From: Candidatus Rokuibacteriota bacterium
GTDB taxonomy: Bacteria > Methylomirabilota > Methylomirabilia > Rokubacteriales > CSP1-6
Length of the DNA stretch: 64,000 nt
Assembly: GCA_003220535.1 (NCBI GenBank)
Contig: QHSU01000057.1
Span: 246,863-310,862 of the forward strand
Direction: 5' to 3'
Made by a program: the position numbers and the translations under genes. Below are positions 58,298 through 64,000 of the stretch, piece after piece (within the stretch, counting starts at the first letter, position 1; every line of letters begins with the position of its first letter). Below the pieces are notes generated by a model. That model made no database searches, had not been told where the DNA came from, and worked only from the letters and a program-made list of their open reading frames with translations.

Positions 58298-60223
58298 TCA
58301 CTTGGTGAAGAAGAACTGCTCGGCGCGCGCGTTGCCGGGGCTGCGGAGCGGCCAATCGTTCCCGAGGGTCGTCGGGACGTTCCGGAACCGCGTGCCGGTG
58401 ACGACGACGCCCTGCACCATCGGGGTCAACCCCACCGTCCCGACCTCCCAGAGGTTGTCGACCCAGATGCGGAAGAGCTCCTGCGCGAGCTTCGCTTGCT
58501 GCTCGGGCCCGACCGTCTTGGCCTGATCGACGATCTCCATGATGCGCTTGACCGAGGCCGGCGGCTCGACGCCCTCGGCGCCCCTGGTCTGGACCCAGCG
58601 CCCGTAGAGCGGCCCGAGCGTGAGGATCGGCGAGTTGCGCGGGTCGAACTTCGCGTTGCCGGTGAACGGAAAGCCCGTGGTGTCCTCGTTCCACATCTCG
58701 GTCATGAGCTCGTTGTTGTCCCGCATCTTGAAGTGCAGCGCGCGCTCCCGGAGCTGGACGACCGTCTTCACGCCGACCTTCTCCCAGTCCTTGGCGACGA
58801 GCTGGGCGACGTCGGGCCAGGCGGCGAAGGCCGGCACCACCGAGAGCTCCAGCACGACCCGCTTGCCGGACGGCATGAGCCGGATCCCTTCGGCGTCGCG
58901 CCTGGTGAGCCCGAGCTGGTCCAGGAGCTTGTTGGCCTCGTCGGGCTTGTATTGCGTGTACTTCTTCGCGTACTGATCGCCCGGGAAATAGGGATGGCCC
59001 GGGGACGGCACGCCCTGCCGGGGCTCGCCCAACCCGAGGAACACCGACTCCTTGATCTGGTCGCGGTTGATGGCCTCCGAGAGCGCGATGCGGAACTCCT
59101 TGGCGGCCATGAGCTTGCCGAGCTCCGGGTCGGCCTTGTAGGTCTGGTTGAACATGATGACCGCGTCGGCCCCGCCGAAGGTCGGCCACGTGATGACGCG
59201 GTACTTCCCCGTCTTCTCGGTCTCCTTGAAGACGGGATAGTTCGTCATCTGGATGTGGCGCTCTTGCATGTCGAACTCGCCGGCGATCGCCGCCAGGTTC
59301 AGGGCTTGGATGTCGGCGAAGAACGTGAAGCGGACCTCGTCGAGGTACGGCAGCTGGTTGCCGCTCGGATCGACGCCGACGAAGTAGGGGTTTCTCCTCA
59401 GCGTGAAGACCTGGTCACTGACCCGCGTCGCGGGCGCCCACGCCGCCATCGTCGGGCGCTCGGGATTCTCCGGCGGCGCGTTGCGCGCGGCGAAGAGCTC
59501 CGTCCACGTCTTGAAGCCCGCCGCGGCGACGAGCTTGTCCAGCTCTTCCTTCTTGGTGTAGGTCGGATGGAACCTCTTGAGGTAGTGCGCGGGAAGGAAG
59601 ACGGCGTAGGTCCGGTCGCCGCCGTCCTGGTTCGCGAGCGCGGTGAGCAGCAGCGTATTGGGCTGCTTGTAAGTCCAGCGCACGGCCGTCGCGCTCGCCT
59701 TTTCCACGCTGGCGGGCGTGCCGTCGGCGTTGCGCATCCAGGACGGTAGGGCCGGAACCAGATCTTTGTTCAGGAGGACGTCTTGATACCAGAAGACGAT
59801 GTCGTCGGCGGTGAAGGACGCGCCGTCCGACCACCGCGCGCCCTGGCGCAGCTTGATCGTCCAGGACCGAAAGTCCTTGGACGACTCCCACCCCGCGGCG
59901 ATCTTCGGCTCGATCTTCGCCCCGTCCGGCGAAAAGCGCACGAGCGCGTCGTAGACGACTCGGATGTAGTTGTTGGCGTCGGCCGGGCCCAGGAATGCGC
60001 GACGCCATACGCCGCCGTATTGTCCCGTCCGCTCGGCGACCGGTACCACGAGCGGGTCGGCGGGCAGGCGCTTGTCCACCGGCGGGAGCTTGCCGGCCTT
60101 CACCTGCTCGGCCAGGACGGGCGCTTCCTGGAACTTCGTCGGCTGAGCGGCGGCGGTGCCGGCAGCGACGGTGAGGAGCAGCGCGACGGGCATCGTCGAG
60201 CGTAGCCAGCGGTCGAAACGCAT
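58298..60223 (-). CDS. ABC transporter substrate-binding protein, family 5
   Basis: AGGAGG RBS, signal peptide, GKLPPVDKRLP, LRQGARWSDG..FTADD, RNPYF, GNQLPYLD. Confidence 0.92.
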   Translation of the reverse strand: MRFDRWLRSTMPVALLLTVAAGTAAAQPTKFQEAPVLAEQVKAGKLPPVDKRLPADPLVVPVAERTGQYGGVWRRAFLGPADANNYIRVVYDALVRFSPDGAKIEPKIAAGWESSKDFRSWTIKLRQGARWSDGASFTADDIVFWYQDVLLNKDLVPALPSWMRNADGTPASVEKASATAVRWTYKQPNTLLLTALANQDGGDRTYAVFLPAHYLKRFHPTYTKKEELDKLVAAAGFKTWTELFAARNAPPENPERPTMAAWAPATRVSDQVFTLRRNPYFVGVDPSGNQLPYLDEVRFTFFADIQALNLAAIAGEFDMQERHIQMTNYPVFKETEKTGKYRVITWPTFGGADAVIMFNQTYKADPELGKLMAAKEFRIALSEAINRDQIKESVFLGLGEPRQGVPSPGHPYFPGDQYAKKYTQYKPDEANKLLDQLGLTRRDAEGIRLMPSGKRVVLELSVVPAFAAWPDVAQLVAKDWEKVGVKTVVQLRERALHFKMRDNNELMTEMWNEDTTGFPFTGNAKFDPRNSPILTLGPLYGRWVQTRGAEGVEPPASVKRIMEIVDQAKTVGPEQQAKLAQELFRIWVDNLWEVGTVGLTPMVQGVVVTGTRFRNVPTTLGNDWPLRSPGNARAEQFFFTK

Positions 60224-60387
60224 GAGAGTCCTCCTGTGGGAGTCGGAGGTGACTCTAGCGAAGAACCCGGACACCACGCAAGCGTCCGCATCGAATCGGC
60301 CGGCGCGAAGCGCGTGAACGCGCGCCAATCCGGCCCGCAATCTCAGAAGTGAGTCGACGCGCCCGGCCAGTGCGATACTGCGGGCCG

Positions 60388-61095
60388 GTGGAGACAGAGG
60401 CGCTGCTCCGGGGCCTTCTGTGGTTCGTGGCGTTTCTGTTCTCCACGACCGTGCACGAGGCGCTGCACGCGGTGGCCGCGCTCCGCGGCGGCGATCCCAC
60501 GGCGTATCTCGGCGGCCAGGTGTCGTTCTCGCCGCTGCCGCACATTCGCCGCGAGCCGGTCGGCATGCTGATCGTCCCCCTCCTGACGACACTCACCAAT
60601 GGCTGGGCGGTGGGCTGGGCGAGCACCCCGTACGATCCGCTCTGGGCGGCTCGCCATCCCCGTCGGGCCGCCGCCATGGCCGCGGCCGGCCCCGCCGGCA
60701 ATCTCGTCATCGCGCTCCTGGCCTTCGCGACTATCAAGGCGGCCCTGGCGGCGGGGATTTTCGTGTCCCCGGAGCACGCCAGCTTCAATCACCTCGTCGA
60801 AGCCGCGCGTGGCGGCGACGTCGTGGCCGGGCTGGGCGACCTCTTGACGGTGCTGCTCGTGCTCAACACCCTGCTCTTCGTCTTCAACATGCTGCCGTTC
60901 CCGCCGCTCGACGGCGCCTCGGCGATCGGTGGCATCCTGCCGGAGCGCACGGCAGTCGCCCTTCGTGGATTCACCTCGAGCCCGATGTTCTCGCTCCTCG
61001 GTATCCTCGTCGCGTGGCAGATCTTTCCGTACTTCGTGCGCCCCCTCTTCCGCGCCCTCCTGACGCTCGTTCACCCGGGCGACACCTACTCCTGA
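60388..61095 (+). CDS. Site-2 protease (peptidase M50) family protein
   Basis: HEALH zinc motif, AAGPAGN, FNMLPFPPLDG; start GTG 60388 inferred. Confidence 0.9.
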   Translation: METEALLRGLLWFVAFLFSTTVHEALHAVAALRGGDPTAYLGGQVSFSPLPHIRREPVGMLIVPLLTTLTNGWAVGWASTPYDPLWAARHPRRAAAMAAAGPAGNLVIALLAFATIKAALAAGIFVSPEHASFNHLVEAARGGDVVAGLGDLLTVLLVLNTLLFVFNMLPFPPLDGASAIGGILPERTAVALRGFTSSPMFSLLGILVAWQIFPYFVRPLFRALLTLVHPGDTYS

Positions 61096-61120
61096 TTTGC
61101 GCCCGTGCTATAAAACGCGC

Positions 61121-61966
61121 GTGCAGCTCCGCGTCAACGGAACAACCCTCTACGGCGAGTCGGTCGGCGATGGCGCGCCGTGCCTCTGCCTGCACGGCGG
61201 GCCGGGGACCGATGCGTCGGGGCTGGCGCGCACGCTGGCGCCGCTGGGCGCCGCGCTCGGACTCCGTCTGATCTTCTACGATCACCGCGGTCACGGCCGG
61301 TCGGAGTGGGTGCCGGTCGAGCAGTGCACCCAGGACCAGCTGGTGGCCGACGTCGAAGGCGTCCGGCAGGCGCTCGGGCTCGGTGCCGTACACGTGCTGG
61401 GGATCAGCTGGGGGGGCTTCATCGGCCTCATGTACGCGGCGCGCTATCAGGCCTCCGTGCACACGCTCGCCGTCGTCGGGGCCTCGGCCAGTCGCGACTT
61501 CATGCGCCGCGCCGACGACAACGCCCGCCGCCGCGCGACGGCCGAGCAATGGGCAGCGTATCGCGCGCTCTGGGATGGCACGCTGTCCGACGACGCGAGC
61601 TTCCACCGCGCTTTCGACACGATTCGCCCGCTGTACTTCTTCGATCCCCGCCGCGCCGCCGAGAACCTCGGCGCGCGGGCGGACATCCGGTACCGGCTCG
61701 CTGTCAGAAAATTCGTCATCGAGCACGAGTACGCGCGCTACGACTGTCGGGCCGAGCTCGCGCGCATCGCGTGCCCGACCCTGGTCGCCGTGGGGCGGCA
61801 CGACTGGATCTGCCCGGTCGACCAGGCCGAAGAGATCGCCAAGCTCGTCCCTGGCTCCGAGCTGGCCGTCTTCGAGCAGAGCGGCCACTCGCCCCAGGTC
61901 GAGGAGGGGCCCGCCTTCACCCGCCGTCTGGCCGCATTTCTCGGCTTCCCGGCGCGATCGATCTGA
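61121..61966 (+). CDS. Alpha/beta hydrolase (proline iminopeptidase-like)
   Basis: LHGGPG, YDHRGHGRS, GISWGG, GRHD, SGHSP. Confidence 0.88.
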   Translation: MQLRVNGTTLYGESVGDGAPCLCLHGGPGTDASGLARTLAPLGAALGLRLIFYDHRGHGRSEWVPVEQCTQDQLVADVEGVRQALGLGAVHVLGISWGGFIGLMYAARYQASVHTLAVVGASASRDFMRRADDNARRRATAEQWAAYRALWDGTLSDDASFHRAFDTIRPLYFFDPRRAAENLGARADIRYRLAVRKFVIEHEYARYDCRAELARIACPTLVAVGRHDWICPVDQAEEIAKLVPGSELAVFEQSGHSPQVEEGPAFTRRLAAFLGFPARSI

Positions 61967-61969
61967 GCG

Positions 61970-63595
61970 TCACTTCCCGCTCCAGCGCACGCTCTTCAGC
62001 GACTGGTAGATGCCGGCGAACGTGGGAATCGGCACGAAGCCGTCGTAACCCTGCCGCGTGACGTACACCTGCTGCGGGAAGTAGAGGAACACGTACGGCG
62101 CATCGTCCATGAGGAGCTTCGAGAACTCCGCGTAGTGCTTCTTGCGCTCGGCCTGCACCGCGGTGCGCCGGGCGGCCTCGAGCGCCTCGTCCGCTCGCAC
62201 ATTCTTGTAGTGGGCGAAGTTGCGCCCCTTCCACTGGCTCGAATGCCAGATGGTGTAGGCGAAGGGGTCGGGATCGTGGTGATTGGTCCAGCCGACCGCG
62301 ATCCCCTCGAAGTCCGAGGCGAAGAGCTTCTTGACGAAGGTGGGCCAGTCGAGCGGCTCCAGCTGGACGTCCACCCCGACGCGCTTGAGGTACTCCTGGA
62401 TGATGACGGCTGTGTCCTTCACGCTTTGATTCGCCTGGTCGTGGCGCACCGAGAAGCTGAAGCGCTTGCCATCCTTGACGAGCACACCGTCGGGGCCGGG
62501 CTTGAAGCCGGCTTCCGCCAGGAGCGCCTTGGCGCGGCCGGGATCGTAGGCGTACGGCTTGACGCTCGGATCGAAGGCCCAGCTGCCCGGCGGGAACTGG
62601 CCGGTCGAGACGGCGGCGTAGCCCTGGAGCACCTCGCGGACGATGCTGGGCACGTCGACCGCGTGATAGAGCGCGCGCCGAACGCGGACGTCCGTGAAGG
62701 GCGCCAGGTCCTGGCGCCAGCCGAAATACGTGTACGAGGTGTTGTCGGCGACGAGCACCTTGAGGTTGGGGGTCTGCTTGAGACGCGCCACCTCCGTTAG
62801 CGGTGGGTTCTCGATGAAGTCGACTCCGCCGGCGCGCAGCTCCTGGAGCAGGACGACGCTGTCGGGGATGATCCGGAAGATCAAGCGGTCGAGCGCGGGC
62901 CGGCCGGCGTGGTACTGGTCGTTCGCCTCCATGACCAGACGTTCACCCCGCCGCCACTCGACGAACTTGAAGGGCCCGGTGCCCACCGGCTTGCGGTTGA
63001 ACTCCGCGGTGTTGAGGTCGGCGCCCTTGAGCAGGTGCTCGGGGACGATGCCGGCGCGCGGGTTGACGAGCACGGCCAGGAACGAGCCCGACGGGTAGCG
63101 CAGGCGGAAGCGCACGGTGTGGTCGTCCACGACCTCGACGGGCCGGACGGCCAGCTCTTCCGGCCGCTTCGGATTTTCCTTGGCGGTGAGCTCGGGGAAT
63201 CCGGCGAGCGCGTCGAAATAGGCGCGATGCGGCGTCGTCACCTTCGGGTCGAGGACCGAATAGAACGTGAACGCGACGTCGCGCGCCGTGAACGGCTTAC
63301 CGTCGTGCCACTTCACGCCCCGCTTGAGCTTGAACGTGTACGTGAGGCCGTCCCGCGACACCTCCCACGACTCGGCCAGCAGCGGCCGGACGTTGAGGCC
63401 CTGGTCGAGCTCGAGCAGGCTGTCGAAGAGCGGCCACTCGGCGATGTACGACTGCCCGTCGGTGGCCACCACCGGGTTGAGCGACGTGGCGTCGCCGCTC
63501 ATCCCGATGACGAAGTCCTTGCCGGCGGCGAGACCGGTCGGGGGCGTGAGGCCCGTGAGGATGAGCGCGAGTACCAGCAGGATGGCGTGAATCAT
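61970..63595 (-). CDS. ABC transporter substrate-binding protein, family 5 (AppA/OppA-like)
   Basis: GGAGG RBS, signal peptide, LAESW, VKWHDGKPFTARDV, PVGTGPFKF. Confidence 0.92.
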   Translation of the reverse strand: MIHAILLVLALILTGLTPPTGLAAGKDFVIGMSGDATSLNPVVATDGQSYIAEWPLFDSLLELDQGLNVRPLLAESWEVSRDGLTYTFKLKRGVKWHDGKPFTARDVAFTFYSVLDPKVTTPHRAYFDALAGFPELTAKENPKRPEELAVRPVEVVDDHTVRFRLRYPSGSFLAVLVNPRAGIVPEHLLKGADLNTAEFNRKPVGTGPFKFVEWRRGERLVMEANDQYHAGRPALDRLIFRIIPDSVVLLQELRAGGVDFIENPPLTEVARLKQTPNLKVLVADNTSYTYFGWRQDLAPFTDVRVRRALYHAVDVPSIVREVLQGYAAVSTGQFPPGSWAFDPSVKPYAYDPGRAKALLAEAGFKPGPDGVLVKDGKRFSFSVRHDQANQSVKDTAVIIQEYLKRVGVDVQLEPLDWPTFVKKLFASDFEGIAVGWTNHHDPDPFAYTIWHSSQWKGRNFAHYKNVRADEALEAARRTAVQAERKKHYAEFSKLLMDDAPYVFLYFPQQVYVTRQGYDGFVPIPTFAGIYQSLKSVRWSGK

Positions 63596-63617
63596 GAGAG
63601 TCGAACCTCCGTGTGAC

Positions 63618-64000
63618 TCACGACGAGCGCCCGCGCAAGGTCGGGTCCGACGCATCGCGCAGGCCGTCGCCGAACAGGTTGAATCCCAGCACCGTGACGA
63701 AGATCGCCAGCCCGGGGAACGTCGCGACCCACCAGGCCGAGGCGAGGAACTGCCGGCCTTCGACCACCATGTTGCCCCAGCTCGGGAGCGGCGGCCGGGC
63801 CCCGAGTCCGAGGTAGCTCAGACCCGACTCGATGAGGATCGTCTGGCCGAGCAGGAGGCTCGCCTGAACGATGACGATCGGCAGCGCGTTGAGGAGCAGG
63901 TGGCGCCCGAGAATGCGCGCGTGACTGGCGCCCAGCGCCTGGGCGGCGTGGACGAAGTCGCGATTCCGAAGGCTCAGACACTCGCTGCGCACGACGCGCC
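63618..64000 (-). CDS. Peptide ABC transporter permease (OppC-like), C-terminal part
   Basis: FVHAAQALGAS, LSYLGLG, SWGNM, GDGLRD; runs off the window end. Confidence 0.9.
   Translation of the reverse strand, partial: RVVRSECLSLRNRDFVHAAQALGASHARILGRHLLLNALPIVIVQASLLLGQTILIESGLSYLGLGARPPLPSWGNMVVEGRQFLASAWWVATFPGLAIFVTVLGFNLFGDGLRDASDPTLRGRSS

Overview
High-GC bacterial DNA. The gene repertoire is reminiscent of Ca. Rokubacteria/Methylomirabilota or similar soil bacteria; this is an impression, not a tested assignment. Positions 1-36751 are one co-directional, mostly start/stop-overlapping surface-polysaccharide gene cluster that begins before the window. It has 3 AsnB-type amidotransferases, GT4/GT2/GT-C glycosyltransferases, a heparinase II/III protein, amino-sugar enzymes, an ACP + reductase + adenylate-forming ligase module, several acetyl-/methyltransferases and deacetylases, WecB and an AlgD/Ugd-like dehydrogenase. 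Two secreted paralogues embedded in it have a 7-repeat RCC1 propeller inserted inside an Ig-like domain. Positions 36764-42500 are a decaying region containing a duplicated regulatory cassette (palindromic upstream site + sigma-54 promoter + c-di-GMP-I riboswitch; one copy intact, one eroded) ahead of secreted beta-helix protein genes, plus LamG, LuxR and ANTAR fragments. Then come wza/wzz-like export genes, UbiD, a phosphoesterase, an amidohydrolase, an orphan sigma-54-linked PilB/GspE ATPase with tandem MshEN c-di-GMP motifs, an MFS gene with a +1 frameshift, a TTT binding protein, a peptide ABC operon interrupted by an antisense tetR-hydrolase pair, an M50 protease, a hydrolase and part of a second ABC system. 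No rRNA, tRNA, CRISPR array, transposase or integrase was seen. All family assignments come from reading motifs by eye; no database search was run.
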